A program made the translations under genes and the position numbers. 64,000 nucleotides of DNA from Burkholderiales bacterium (GTDB lineage Bacteria > Pseudomonadota > Gammaproteobacteria > Burkholderiales > SG8-41), in the NCBI GenBank assembly GCA_038316355.1, contig JBBQAO010000008.1, positions 1,166 to 65,165 of the forward strand, given 5' to 3'. Numbering within the stretch: the stretch's first letter is position 1; each line of letters starts with the position of its first letter. This document shows, in pieces, positions 47,236-57,375 of the stretch. Under the pieces are notes generated by a model. The model made no database searches. It was given only the letters and a program-made list of their open reading frames with translations, and was not told the origin of the DNA.

Positions 47236-47256
47236 ATTATCAATAAAAACAAATAG

Positions 47257-48387
47257 TTACAATATTTCCTGCGTTGTGTTGCGGTAACGTTGCATGAATG
47301 CGGTGTCGATATAATTTTTCCACCACCACACCCAGCCGCCGCCGAATGCAAACGGCCCGTACGACGCCACGGCATAACGATCACCGGTGCTGATCAGCGC
47401 CAGCGCCCTGCGCTGCGGTTGATACTCCAGCAGCGGTTCGCCGCGCAGTGCACGGCGCAGATTTTCCGTGAGCGGTGGCCCCTGGCGCACGGCGTAGACA
47501 CCGGATTTCGGCCGTGGCGTTGACTGCATGGCCGCGATGTCGCCGGTGGCGAATGCAAAGCCGTGCGACGGCGATTGCAGATGCCTGTTGACGGCAATGA
47601 AGCCGCCGTCATCGGTCTGCAGCCCGCTGGCACGCGGCCATGCCGGTGCCGCGGCACCGGTGACCCAGATCACGTGGTCGGCGGGTAACCGTTCGCCGCT
47701 GCCCAGGACCAGGCCTTCAGTGCTTGCGGCCCGCACCGGCGCATCGAGGCGCAGCGTAATGCCGCGTTTGCGCAACACCGCGCTGAAACTGCGCTGCACT
47801 CCTGCGGGATGTGCGGGAAGCAGCGTCGGGCCGTCGCTGATGATGGTGAACTGCGCGCGGCCGTTGTCGTTGTGGATGCAGTGGTGCATGGCCAATGCCA
47901 GTTCGACACCGCCGGCGCCGGCGCCGACGATGGCGATGCGCAAACCGGTGGTTGCTGTGCGCGCGGCGGTGCGCAGTGTCGTCCAATGGTCGAGGAATAC
48001 GGACACGGGTTTTATTGGCATGCCGTGCTCTGCCGCGCCGGGAATGCCGGCGGTGACCGGCGTTGATCCGCTGTCAACGGCAACCACGTCGAAGACGTAC
48101 TCCGCGCCGTCGGTGCAGCGGCCGACGCGGCGCTGCAGATCGAGCCCGGTGATTGTGCCGGCAACACGCCGGACACCGGCGCCACGGCACAGCATTTCCA
48201 GATCGATATGGCAGTCTTCGAAACGGTAATGCCCGGCGATATGGCCGGGCAGCATGCCCGAGTAGGGGGTATGCCGGTCCGGACTGACCAGAGTTACCGC
48301 GACGCCGGGTTCCGGGGCAAGTCCGAAGCGGCGGATGACCTCGACATGGCTGTGGCCGCCGCCGATCAGCAGCAAGCGCTTGGGCAT
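47257..48387 (-). CDS. FAD-dependent pyridine nucleotide-disulfide oxidoreductase family protein
   Basis: 376 aa. LLLIGGGHSHVEV and a second dinucleotide fold IAIVGAGAGGVELA. Substrate unknown. Confidence 0.75.
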   Translation of the reverse strand: MPKRLLLIGGGHSHVEVIRRFGLAPEPGVAVTLVSPDRHTPYSGMLPGHIAGHYRFEDCHIDLEMLCRGAGVRRVAGTITGLDLQRRVGRCTDGAEYVFDVVAVDSGSTPVTAGIPGAAEHGMPIKPVSVFLDHWTTLRTAARTATTGLRIAIVGAGAGGVELALAMHHCIHNDNGRAQFTIISDGPTLLPAHPAGVQRSFSAVLRKRGITLRLDAPVRAASTEGLVLGSGERLPADHVIWVTGAAAPAWPRASGLQTDDGGFIAVNRHLQSPSHGFAFATGDIAAMQSTPRPKSGVYAVRQGPPLTENLRRALRGEPLLEYQPQRRALALISTGDRYAVASYGPFAFGGGWVWWWKNYIDTAFMQRYRNTTQEIL

Positions 48388-48397
48388 TGCCGCCGGC

Positions 48398-49030
48398 TTA
48401 TTGCGTTTTCCACACTTCCTTCAGGCGCGCCGCGCGGCCGCAACTGGTCTTGTAGTAGGTGTAACGCACCGGATTCTTCTTGTAATAATCCTGATGGTAT
48501 TCCTCGGCCGCATAAAACTCCGCCGACTTGGTGATCAGCGTCTTGATGTCACCGGTGAAGGGCTTGTCTTTCGCCAGTTTGGTCTTCGACGCTTCGGCTG
48601 CTTTGCGCTGATCTTCATTGTGATAAAAAATTTCGCTGCGGTACTGTGAGCCGTGATCGCAGAACTGGCCGTTGGCCTGAGTCGGATCGATGTTGCGCCA
48701 GAAGGTGTCGAGCAGTTGTGCGTAGCTGACTTTCGCCGGATCGTAGGCCACCTGCACCACTTCATTGTGGCCGGTGTTGCCTGCCGAAACCTGCGGATAA
48801 GTCGGGTTTTTGCTGTGCCCGCCCATATACCCCGAAGTGGTCGAGATCACACCGGGCACCTTGTCGAACGCCTCCTCGACACACCAGAAACAGCCGGCGC
48901 CGAAGGTGGCCACTGTCGTTGTCGGAGCAACCGCTGGCCTGGCGGGCTGGGACTGCGCCAGTACCGGTGTGAGCAGCGCGCCAAGCAGGGCGAGCCGCCA
49001 GAAAATACCTTTGAAAATCATGTACATCAT
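48398..49030 (-). CDS. msrA: peptide-methionine (S)-S-oxide reductase MsrA, secreted form
   Basis: 210 aa. Signal peptide (..LALLGALLTPVLAQS), then ATFGAGCFWCVEEAF. Confidence 0.9.
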   Translation of the reverse strand: MMYMIFKGIFWRLALLGALLTPVLAQSQPARPAVAPTTTVATFGAGCFWCVEEAFDKVPGVISTTSGYMGGHSKNPTYPQVSAGNTGHNEVVQVAYDPAKVSYAQLLDTFWRNIDPTQANGQFCDHGSQYRSEIFYHNEDQRKAAEASKTKLAKDKPFTGDIKTLITKSAEFYAAEEYHQDYYKKNPVRYTYYKTSCGRAARLKEVWKTQ

Positions 49031-49116
49031 TTGTGTCTCCCGGTTAAAACCAGTATATCGGATAATCGCAGTCCCGATCCCGGACCGACGGGTGGTTGAC
49101 TATTAGTGGAGAAAAC

Positions 49117-50112
49117 ATGCGGCGCATTACACTCACGCAGTATCTGGTTGAACAACAGCGGGAAAAAGGCGTTGTTTCCGCGGAACTGCGCTTGCTGGTT
49201 GAAGTTGTCGCGCGTGCCTGCAAATCGATCAGCAACGCCGTCAGCAAGGGCGCGCTGACGGGAGTCCTTGGCAGTGCCGGCACCGACAACGTGCAAGGCG
49301 AAGCACAGAAAAAACTCGATGTGATTTCCAATGAAGTGCTGCTGGAGGCCAACGAGTGGGGCGGCCACCTTGCCGCAATGGCTTCGGAGGAAATGGCGCA
49401 TCCGCACCAGATCCCCAACCGCTATCCACGAGGTGAATACCTGCTGCTGATGGATCCGCTCGATGGTTCGTCAAACATCGATGTTAACGTTTCGATCGGC
49501 ACCATTTTTTCGGTGCTGCGCTGCCCCGAAGGCTGCGAGCCCGACGAGCAGGCATTCCTGCAGCCCGGTTCGCGGCAGGTTGCCGCGGGTTTTGCGGTAT
49601 ATGGCCCGTCCGCCATGCTGGTGCTGACGGTGGGCAACGGTGTCGCCGGCTTCACGCTGGACCGCGAGCTCGGCAGTTGGGTGTTGACCCAGCCGAAAAT
49701 CGAGATCCCCGCCGATACTGCCGAATTCGCGATCAACATGTCGAACATGCGCAATTGGGACGCCCCGGTGAAGCGTTATATCGACGAATGCCTTGCCGGC
49801 AAGACGGGCCCCCTGGGCAAGGACTTCAACATGCGCTGGGTGGCCTCGATGGTCGCCGATGTTTATCGCATCCTGTCGCGCGGCGGCATTTTCATGTATC
49901 CGCAGGATGCCAAACACAAGGAAGGCCGGCTGCGGCTGATGTATGAAGCCAACCCGATGGCGTTCATTGTCGAGCAGGCGGGCGGTGCTGCGACCAACGG
50001 CCAGGAACGCATCCTGGATGTCCAGCCGACCCGGCTGCACCAGCGGGTCGGCGTGATCCTCGGTTCACGCAACGAAGTCGAGCGCGTAACCGGCTATCAC
50101 CGCAAGGCGTGA
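49117..50112 (+). CDS. fbp: class 1 fructose-1,6-bisphosphatase
   Basis: Start at ATG 49117 after [26 protein letters not shown], and [19 protein letters not shown]. Confidence 0.95.
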   Translation: MRRITLTQYLVEQQREKGVVSAELRLLVEVVARACKSISNAVSKGALTGVLGSAGTDNVQGEAQKKLDVISNEVLLEANEWGGHLAAMASEEMAHPHQIPNRYPRGEYLLLMDPLDGSSNIDVNVSIGTIFSVLRCPEGCEPDEQAFLQPGSRQVAAGFAVYGPSAMLVLTVGNGVAGFTLDRELGSWVLTQPKIEIPADTAEFAINMSNMRNWDAPVKRYIDECLAGKTGPLGKDFNMRWVASMVADVYRILSRGGIFMYPQDAKHKEGRLRLMYEANPMAFIVEQAGGAATNGQERILDVQPTRLHQRVGVILGSRNEVERVTGYHRKA

Positions 50113-50191
50113 GCGGCCCGCGCGTTGCTGTCAGGAAACGGCGCTGCAAACGACTGATCCCTGCGTGTTGACCCAGTAGAAGGAGGCATCC

Positions 50192-50752
50192 ATGGCGGCT
50201 ACCGGTGAAAATGCAGGCGCACACGAAATCGCCACCGTGGGTGGCGGCTGTTTCTGGTGTATCGAGGCGGTGTTCGACGGACTGCAGGGTGTCATTTCCG
50301 TCGAGTCCGGTTACAGCGGCGGACAGCTGCAGAACCCGACTTACGAAGACATCTGCGGCGGTGATACCGGACATGCCGAGGTCATCCGCGTGACTTTTGA
50401 TCCCGCCGTGGTGACGTATGGTGAGGTCCTCGACATCTTTTTCGCGATACACGATCCGACCATGCTGAATGCGCAGGGTAACGACATCGGCACCCAGTAC
50501 CGCTCGGTGATTTATTTTCATGCGCCACAGCAGAAAACTGTCGCTGAAGCGGCGATCCGGGCGCTGACCGAAGCGCGGGCGTTCAGCCGGCCGATCGTGA
50601 CTGAAGTATCCCCGGCGCCGAAGTTCTATGTCGCCGAGCCCTATCACCAGGAATATTTCGAGCGCAATCCACGCCAGCCGTACTGCAAGTACGTGGTGTC
50701 ACCCAAAGTCGCCAAATTCCGCAAACAGTTTGCGGCACGTTTGAAAAAATAA
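50192..50752 (+). CDS. msrA: peptide-methionine (S)-S-oxide reductase MsrA, cytoplasmic form
   Basis: 186 aa. ATVGGGCFWCIEAVF. No signal peptide. Confidence 0.92.
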   Translation: MAATGENAGAHEIATVGGGCFWCIEAVFDGLQGVISVESGYSGGQLQNPTYEDICGGDTGHAEVIRVTFDPAVVTYGEVLDIFFAIHDPTMLNAQGNDIGTQYRSVIYFHAPQQKTVAEAAIRALTEARAFSRPIVTEVSPAPKFYVAEPYHQEYFERNPRQPYCKYVVSPKVAKFRKQFAARLKK

Positions 50753-50789
50753 CCGGTGGTGGTAGCCGCACACGCAAGCGTGCGATTGT

Positions 50790-51800
50790 TCACGATTCCG
50801 CGGCGTACTGGCGCTGTCGCGTTGCGGCGATGATGGCCTGCGCCAGTTTGATCAGCGTCAGCGGTGCCGAACCTTCAGCCTTGTTATTGGCGATCACTGT
50901 GCACTCATGGCCCGCTGCCAGTGTGGCGGTGCACAGCCGGGCGATGGATTCACGCGTTGCGCTGTCTTCGTCGATCAGGCGATCAAACGGCGTAAACCGC
51001 GCTTTGGCTTCCTCGTAGCTGTAACCCGCGCGCAGATTCCAGCGCACGATCAGCGGTCCCGGACCGAAACCCGACATCGCCGCCGCCTGCGTGGCGACCG
51101 GCGGCATCCGCGGGTGCACGCCCAGGCAATAACGCGCGCCGACTTCTTTCAGTGACGCAAAAAACCGCCGCGTGATGACCCGGTCGTCGCGCATCTCGAC
51201 GGCATACAGCGGCCCCTGCGGCAGCCGGCCGAGGAATTCCTGCAGTTGCGCGATGAAGCGCTCCGGCGCCCGCGTCAGCGTGCGGCCCAGCGGCGGAAAC
51301 TGGAACAGCAGCGGTCCTGCATTTGCGCCCAGGCCCTCGCCTGCGGGGCCGACAAATTGCTCGGTGGCATACGCGGTGTCGAGGAACAAGGGGTTGTTTT
51401 TGCCTCTGCCGCCGTCCTCGCCGTGGATCCACGGGCTGGTCAGCAAATGGGGTGCTTTGACGAGAAAACGAAAGCTGACGGGAACCTGACGGGAGTAGAT
51501 CTCGTACTGGCGCGCCGACAATGGCGCATAAAACGACCGGTCGACGCCGACCGTGCCGAACAGCGGATGTTGCGCGTACGCGGGGAGTCCGTAGCGCGAC
51601 AGGTCACCCGGTGTCACCGCGTCCGCCCACACCATGTCGCGCCAGCCGGGGAAATGCCATGACGACGTACCCAGCCGGATTCCCGGCGGCAACTGCCGCG
51701 CCAGGTCGCGCACCTCCGGGGTCACCGCGGCTGCAGCGATGGCCGGGTGTGCTGCGCCGGTGCGTGCTTCGCCCTCGAACAGGGAGAGTTGTCTGGCCAC
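50790..51800 (-). CDS. DUF72 domain-containing protein
   Basis: 336 aa. IRLGTSSWHFPGWRDMVW is typical of DUF72 (UPF0759). Confidence 0.8.
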   Translation of the reverse strand: MARQLSLFEGEARTGAAHPAIAAAAVTPEVRDLARQLPPGIRLGTSSWHFPGWRDMVWADAVTPGDLSRYGLPAYAQHPLFGTVGVDRSFYAPLSARQYEIYSRQVPVSFRFLVKAPHLLTSPWIHGEDGGRGKNNPLFLDTAYATEQFVGPAGEGLGANAGPLLFQFPPLGRTLTRAPERFIAQLQEFLGRLPQGPLYAVEMRDDRVITRRFFASLKEVGARYCLGVHPRMPPVATQAAAMSGFGPGPLIVRWNLRAGYSYEEAKARFTPFDRLIDEDSATRESIARLCTATLAAGHECTVIANNKAEGSAPLTLIKLAQAIIAATRQRQYAAES

Positions 51801-52204
51801 GGTTAAGCTGTGTCTACCCGGAGAAACTGCGCCATGACGTCACCGTGCGGCGACGCCATACTGCCCGTGCATGATTGCGGATGTTGCAGATACACAATTC
51901 AAGTTCCCCGTTTAGGTCATTGATTTGTTTCTGCTCTTGCGCCGCGGGCAGGGTCCCGGATACGGCGGGCGAGGGAGGCTCTATTGTGCGGCGAGTCGGC
52001 CCGAGATACAAACGGTGCGCATTCCGGCGGGGTACCCGACTGCAGATGCCGGTTGCCGCGCATGCTGTACTCTCTTATTTTCCCTCTGGCAAACATTGAC
52101 AAAGGCGTTTTCCCTCGGCATCCTCTCGTCACCGTGCGCTATCACGGCAAACCAGACTAACCTGACCAACTGATCCAATCCGGACCTACACGGGAGACCA
52201 CTCA

Positions 52205-52519
52205 ATGGCTGCAAAGAAAAAAGCTACCAAGAAACCCGCTGCAAAGAAAAAGAAAGCCGCAGCGAAGCGCAAGCCCAATGCGGCATTCATGAAACCGATG
52301 CAGCCAAGCGCAGCGCTCGGTGCGGTAATCGGCAACGGCATGATGCCGCGTACCGAAGTCACCAAGAAAATCTGGATGTACATCAAGAAGCACAGCCTGC
52401 AAGACAGCAAGAACCGTCGCAACATCAATGCCGACGAGAAACTGAAAGAAGTTTTCGGTGGCAAGAAACAGGTGTCGATGTTTGAAATGACCAAACTGGT
52501 CAACAAGCACCTGAAATAA
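52205..52519 (+). CDS. SWIB/MDM2 domain protein with lysine-rich N-terminal tail
   Basis: 104 aa. MAAKKKATKKPAAKKKKAAAKRK tail, then a SWIB core (MPRTEVTKKIWMYIKKHSLQD...MFEMTKLVNKHL). Confidence 0.9.
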   Translation: MAAKKKATKKPAAKKKKAAAKRKPNAAFMKPMQPSAALGAVIGNGMMPRTEVTKKIWMYIKKHSLQDSKNRRNINADEKLKEVFGGKKQVSMFEMTKLVNKHLK

Positions 52520-52541
52520 TCTGCCTTTACGGCAGGACTGT

Positions 52542-52572
52542 AACGGGGCGCTGCGGCGCCCCGTTTGTTTTG
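52542..52572 (+). terminator. rho-independent terminator after the SWIB gene
   Basis: AACGGGGCGC-TGCG-GCGCCCCGTT, a 10-bp stem, followed by TGTTTTG. Confidence 0.8.
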
Positions 52573-52595
52573 CGGTACGCCCCCCGCTTTCACCT

Positions 52596-53723
52596 CTAGC
52601 GCCTGCTGACGTAGGTTCCGCCGAGCAGCAGCACCGCAGCCATCGCCCAGAACACCGGCGTCATGCCCAGCGTGGCGCCGAGGACGCCAAAGAGCAGGGG
52701 AATCCCGACCTGTGTCAGGTTGAGCAGGAAGGTGCGCACACCCACCACTTCGCCACCACGCCCCGGCGGCGCGGCGTTATACAGCAGCGCCATGATCATC
52801 GGCTGCGTGCCGCCGATGGCCAGTCCGAGCGCGAAGGCCACCGCCATCAGCAGCGGCACCTGCTCAATCAGCGGGAACACGGCCATGGCTGCGCCGGTGG
52901 CGAACATGCCGCCAATCACCAGCGGCCATTCGCGCACCCGGTGCGCGAGCAGCGGCAGCAATACACGAACCAGGAAAATCGCGCCGCCGAAGGCGCCGAG
53001 GATCAACCCGATGGTGGATGCCGACAGTCCGAGGCCGGTGCCGTGAATCGGCGTGACAAAGGTGAACAGATCCCAGGCCATGGACAAGGTCGCGCTGGCA
53101 ATGAAGGCGCGGCGCAGGCCGGGCATGCGGAACAGATCGCTGGCCCGCTTGCGCGCGGCATCGTGGGCGGGAGGCGCATGCGCGGGCAGCGTGATCGGCC
53201 GGGTCAGCAGCAGCGCGATTGCGGCCACCACGCTGGTACCCAGGAGCAGGAAGGTCAGCCGGTGGCCGATCAGGTCGATGGCAAAACCGGAAATCATCGG
53301 GCCGAGAAAACCCGAGGTCGAAAATGCCAGCGCGAGCAGACTGAAATTGCGTGAGCGCTGCTCCGGCGTGCCGAGCAGACCGATGGCGTGGTTGACGCAG
53401 ATATGCACCAGCATGAATCCGCTGCCGGTGATTGCGCTGACGAGGAACAGGGTTTCGATGCGCGGTATGGCCACCGCCAGCAGCAGCGCGCCGAGCACGG
53501 CGCCGGCGCCGATGAACAGCGGCGTGCGCACGCCGATGCGGTCGATGGTGCGTCCCCAGCCCACGGAAAACACCAGAGGCACCGCGGCGAGCAATGAAAT
53601 GAGCAGGCCTACCGTGAGCGCCGACGCCTGCAGGTGCAGCGCAAACAGCGACAGTGTGACGCGGCAACCGGCAAACGCCAGATGCAGCAGGATGGTCAGC
53701 AGCAGTATGAGGGGGATGCTCAC
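52596..53723 (-). CDS. MFS transporter
   Basis: About 12 predicted TM helices. Start set at GTG 53723, which overlaps the upstream EamA stop as GTGA. The 54017 start in the ORF track would run through that gene with Arg/Gly-rich non-membrane sequence. Confidence 0.8.
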   Translation of the reverse strand: MSIPLILLLTILLHLAFAGCRVTLSLFALHLQASALTVGLLISLLAAVPLVFSVGWGRTIDRIGVRTPLFIGAGAVLGALLLAVAIPRIETLFLVSAITGSGFMLVHICVNHAIGLLGTPEQRSRNFSLLALAFSTSGFLGPMISGFAIDLIGHRLTFLLLGTSVVAAIALLLTRPITLPAHAPPAHDAARKRASDLFRMPGLRRAFIASATLSMAWDLFTFVTPIHGTGLGLSASTIGLILGAFGGAIFLVRVLLPLLAHRVREWPLVIGGMFATGAAMAVFPLIEQVPLLMAVAFALGLAIGGTQPMIMALLYNAAPPGRGGEVVGVRTFLLNLTQVGIPLLFGVLGATLGMTPVFWAMAAVLLLGGTYVSRR

Positions 53724-54706
53724 GGCACGGTTTGCTGCGACGGCCGTGGCTGCCACGACACCAGAGCCACGCCGAGGCAGGTGATGACGATGCCGGCCAG
53801 CGAAATGGCCGTCGGCACCACGCCGAACAGGAGCAGCTCCAGCGCCACCGCAAAAATTGGCGTCAGGTAAATCAGGCTGGTGACCCGCGTCGCCTGGCCG
53901 CGTCGCATCAGCGTATGCAGCGCGTTGACGGCGAGTATCGACGCGCCGATCACCAGAAACGCGATGACAGCGGCCAGCGTCCAGGACCAGCGCACCACTG
54001 CGCCCTCGACCCACCACGCCAGCGGCGCCAGCACCACGATGTTGCCGGCGAACTGGATCAATGCCGCTGCCCGCAGATCGACTGCCGGGCAGTACACGCG
54101 CTGGTACAGCGTGCCGGCGGTAACGCCGATCAGCGAAACGGTCACCGCGATCAGTGCTCCCAGCGTGGCCTCACGCACATCGATCTTGTGCCAGACGATG
54201 AGCGTCACGCCGGCCAGTCCGATGGCGATGCCCAGCCATTGCCGCTGACCCAGGCGCTCGCCCATCCAGCGCCCGGCGATCATGGCAGTCAGCAGCGGCT
54301 GAATCGACAGCAGCACAGCAGTGATGCCCGCCGACATGCCAAGGTACTGCGTGTAATGGCTGCCGCCGAGGTGCACGGTGTGCATCAGCAGCCCGGCGAT
54401 GAGGATGTGGCCGAATTCGCTGCGGCGCTCCGGCCAGCGCGGTTTGCAGATCAATACAATCGGGATCAGGCACAGGATGCCGAAGGCGAAACGCAATGCC
54501 AGAAAAGTAAAGGGGGCTGCGTGCTGCAGGCCGATTTTGGTGGCAATGAAGCCTGAACCCCAGATCGAGACGAAATACCAGGCCAGCAGGGATTCGTAAT
54601 TTCGGGTGGAAAGCGGGTAACCCAAGATGGCGGGAGGGCAGGGGCGGAAAGGCGACGAGTATAACGCGGTGTGCATGCGGTCATCTGCCGAAACCGGAAC
54701 AAACAT
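53720..54706 (-). CDS. EamA/DMT-family transporter
   Basis: Two EamA repeats, 10 TM pattern (WGSGFIATKIGLQHAAPFTFLALRF...). N-terminal start uncertain. Confidence 0.8.
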   Translation of the reverse strand: MFVPVSADDRMHTALYSSPFRPCPPAILGYPLSTRNYESLLAWYFVSIWGSGFIATKIGLQHAAPFTFLALRFAFGILCLIPIVLICKPRWPERRSEFGHILIAGLLMHTVHLGGSHYTQYLGMSAGITAVLLSIQPLLTAMIAGRWMGERLGQRQWLGIAIGLAGVTLIVWHKIDVREATLGALIAVTVSLIGVTAGTLYQRVYCPAVDLRAAALIQFAGNIVVLAPLAWWVEGAVVRWSWTLAAVIAFLVIGASILAVNALHTLMRRGQATRVTSLIYLTPIFAVALELLLFGVVPTAISLAGIVITCLGVALVSWQPRPSQQTVP

Positions 54707-54733
54707 CGTAAACTGGGGTTACGGAGGTATCAC

Positions 54734-55333
54734 ATGACTTGGAAAATCGTATCCTTTGCGCCGCGCCTGTTACTGCTGCTGACGGTGCTGGCGTTGCTCC
54801 CCGGCTGCTCGACGCTGAATGTGGTGTCCGACGGCGCCGACCCGCAGCTGATGTTACGCGGCAACGATCCGGTGGCGTATCACACGCTGGGTAAAGCCGT
54901 GGCCGGCGATCCGCAGATCAAGGCGCAGCACGAAGGAGCCACTTATCGCTTCACCAACGCGGCGCATCGCGACCTGTTTCTTGCCGCTCCGCAGCGTTAT
55001 GTGCCGGCTTATGGTGGTTTTTGCGCCAGCGGCGCGCCGTATGCATTGAAGGCCAACATCGGCGCCAACACCTTCAAAATCGTTGACGGCCGGCTCTACC
55101 TGTTCGGTGGTGAGCGGTCACGTCGGCACTGGGAAATGGACCAACGGGAGAATATTGCATTGGGCGACCGCTATTGGGAGCAGGAGACGAGAGACCGCCC
55201 GTTCCGGCCGCAGAACTGGTATCGCTATACCTTCCGCGTACCGCACTATAAAACCGATGCCGAACTCGAGACCGAGTGGCAACGGCGTTATGGCAAGCCG
55301 GATGCTGCCCCGGCTAAGGCGCCAGCCGGCTGA
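54734..55333 (+). CDS. YHS-domain lipoprotein
   Basis: Start at ATG 54734 after GGAGG. Lipobox LLPGC. YHS-like [12 protein letters not shown]...[12 protein letters not shown]. Confidence 0.7.
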   Translation: MTWKIVSFAPRLLLLLTVLALLPGCSTLNVVSDGADPQLMLRGNDPVAYHTLGKAVAGDPQIKAQHEGATYRFTNAAHRDLFLAAPQRYVPAYGGFCASGAPYALKANIGANTFKIVDGRLYLFGGERSRRHWEMDQRENIALGDRYWEQETRDRPFRPQNWYRYTFRVPHYKTDAELETEWQRRYGKPDAAPAKAPAG

Positions 55334-55973
55334 CGGTCCAGCGTTCGCCGGCGCGCGAATACAGCAGCCGGTCGTGCAGCCGGTTGCGCCGGCCCTGCCA
55401 GAATTCCACCATGGCCGGCTGCAAAACATAACCGCCCCAGTGCGCGGGGCGGGCGGGTTGATCGCCCTGATTTTTTGCCACTTCGGCAAAGCGGATTTCA
55501 AGCGCAGCGCGATTGGCGACCACCGTGCTTTGCGGTGATGCAATGGCGGCATGGCGGCTGCCGAGCGGGCGGCTGGAAAAATAGTCGTCGGACTCCACGG
55601 CGCTGGTTTTTGTAACCGCGCCTTCGATGCGCACTTCACGCTCGAGTTCGATCCAGTGGAACACCAGCACGGCGCGCGGATTGGCGGCGAGCTCGTGGCC
55701 CTTGCGACTCTGGTAGTTGGTGTAAAACACAAAGCCATGCTGATCCGCGCCCTTCAGCAGCACGATGCGCGCACCCGGAGCGCCGTCGGCGGCCACGGTG
55801 GCGAGTGTCATTGCGTTCGGCGTCGGCAGTTCGGCGTGTACCGCCTCGTCGAACCAGCGCTGGAATTGCGTCAAGGGATCAGCGGCGGCATCAGCCTCAT
55901 CGAGGCTGGCGCGCATGTATTCGTTGCGCATTGCGGCTAAACTCAAGGAAGCTCCCGGAAGGATGATTGACAC
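55314..55973 (-). CDS. pdxH: pyridoxamine 5'-phosphate oxidase
   Basis: 219 aa. [34 protein letters not shown]. Confidence 0.95.
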   Translation of the reverse strand: MSIILPGASLSLAAMRNEYMRASLDEADAAADPLTQFQRWFDEAVHAELPTPNAMTLATVAADGAPGARIVLLKGADQHGFVFYTNYQSRKGHELAANPRAVLVFHWIELEREVRIEGAVTKTSAVESDDYFSSRPLGSRHAAIASPQSTVVANRAALEIRFAEVAKNQGDQPARPAHWGGYVLQPAMVEFWQGRRNRLHDRLLYSRAGERWTVSRLAP

Positions 55974-55990
55974 TGATTTTACCGCTCAGT

Positions 55991-56857
55991 TTACCGCTCA
56001 GGCAGGGGAATGAATTCGGTTTCGCCGGGGACACCGGGGAAACGCTGCTCGCGCCAGCGGTTGCGTGCGTCCTCGATCAGTTCCTTGCTGCTGGCGACAA
56101 AATTCCAGTGAATGAAGCGGTCGCCGTCCATAGCCGCACCGCCGAAAGCCATGATGCGTGCGGCGGAAGCTGTGGTGACCGGGATCGGCACGCCGGGTTC
56201 AAATACCGCAACCGTTTGTGGTGCTACCGTTGTACCTGCGACGGCAACTTCACCGTCGACCACGTAAATCGCACGCTCGGCGTGTTCGGCCGGCAGCGCA
56301 AACTGCGCTGCACCACTGGTGGTGATGGCGGCATAGAACATCGGCGAAAAAGTTTTCACCGGCGCCTGCAATCCCCAGCCCGAACCGGCGATCAGGCGCA
56401 GTTCTGCATTTGGCCATTGTCTGACCGGCAACGTGGCGGCAGGATGGTGCACAAATGCCGGATCGGTGTTTTCATCGACTTTGGGCAGTGCAATCCAGGT
56501 CTGGATGCCATGCAGGCCGCGTACCTGATTGCGTTCGTCATCGGGGCTGCGCTCGGAATGTACGATGCCATGGCCGGCGGTCATCCAGTTGACGTCGCCG
56601 GGGGTGATGCGTTGTTCATAACCGAGGCTGTCGCGATGCATGATCGCGCCCTCGAACAGATAGGTCACCGTCGCCAGGCCGATGTGCGGGTGCGGCCGCA
56701 CGTCGACGGCACGGCCGGGTTCGAAAGCTACCGGACCCATGTGATCGAAAAAAATGAACGGGCCGATCATCTTGCGCGTAGCCGCGGGCAGCAGGCGCCG
56801 CACCACAAAACCTTCGCCGAGGTCCTTGGTATGCGCTTTTAATGTCTGACTGATCAT
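55991..56857 (-). CDS. pirin family protein
   Basis: 288 aa. Bicupin with PHPHIGLATVTY and MTAGHGIVHSE. Confidence 0.9.
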   Translation of the reverse strand: MISQTLKAHTKDLGEGFVVRRLLPAATRKMIGPFIFFDHMGPVAFEPGRAVDVRPHPHIGLATVTYLFEGAIMHRDSLGYEQRITPGDVNWMTAGHGIVHSERSPDDERNQVRGLHGIQTWIALPKVDENTDPAFVHHPAATLPVRQWPNAELRLIAGSGWGLQAPVKTFSPMFYAAITTSGAAQFALPAEHAERAIYVVDGEVAVAGTTVAPQTVAVFEPGVPIPVTTASAARIMAFGGAAMDGDRFIHWNFVASSKELIEDARNRWREQRFPGVPGETEFIPLPER

Positions 56858-57309
56858 GGTTGTGGTTTGGCTGCGGGTTTTTCAGCCGTTTTTTCAGTAC
56901 TACGGCGGAAACCTGCGCTGTCATCCCCGGCGACGAGGGTCAGGGTATTGCCTTCAATGCGGAAAGACGGCTGCGCCTGCAGCAGTTTGAAATAACGGTT
57001 CTCGAAACTGCCAAGAGGCTCCAGGCAGGCGCGGCGCGTGCTTGCCATTGGGCCCACGAGCATTTTTCCGTCGACGGCATTCGCCGCACCGACACCGGAG
57101 TTGCAGCCGCTGAACGCCGATATGCGCCCGTCGCGGAACTGCAGTGTCGCCCGTGCAGTGCCGGGCATGTGGTTGATATCAATAAAACTGGCCATGGTTA
57201 TTTCCCATTGGCCTTCCGGCAGCGTAGCCGGCGTAATCAAAGTTGCGCAGGACGCGCCGGCGATGGAGACGGCAGCGCACACCAGTTTCAGGCTGAGGGC
57301 TGGTGACAT
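56854..57309 (-). CDS. META-domain (HslJ-like) protein
   Basis: 151 aa. Signal/lipoprotein-like N-terminus and a META pattern (FSGCNSGVG...RRACLEPLGSFENRYFKLL). ATGA overlap with pirin. Confidence 0.75.
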   Translation of the reverse strand: MSPALSLKLVCAAVSIAGASCATLITPATLPEGQWEITMASFIDINHMPGTARATLQFRDGRISAFSGCNSGVGAANAVDGKMLVGPMASTRRACLEPLGSFENRYFKLLQAQPSFRIEGNTLTLVAGDDSAGFRRSTEKTAEKPAAKPQP

Positions 57310-57375
57310 GGCTTCAGGTGACAGTGCAGAAGAGGTTTGATTATAGACCGCGCTGATGTTGTGGAATGAACGTTA

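Noticed and set aside
51801-52204. Search for a riboswitch, 6S, SRP, RNase P or tmRNA in the long DUF72-SWIB spacer and the other spacers
   Set aside because: None of the conserved cores I know for these RNAs are present. Only ad hoc short pairings could be drawn, so no RNA gene is claimed.
53724-54017. N-terminal 98-codon extension of the MFS transporter ORF (track start 54017)
   Set aside because: The extension runs through the 3' end of the EamA gene and is Arg/Gly/Asp-rich rather than membrane-like. GTG 53723 overlaps the EamA stop as GTGA and is followed directly by the first TM helix.
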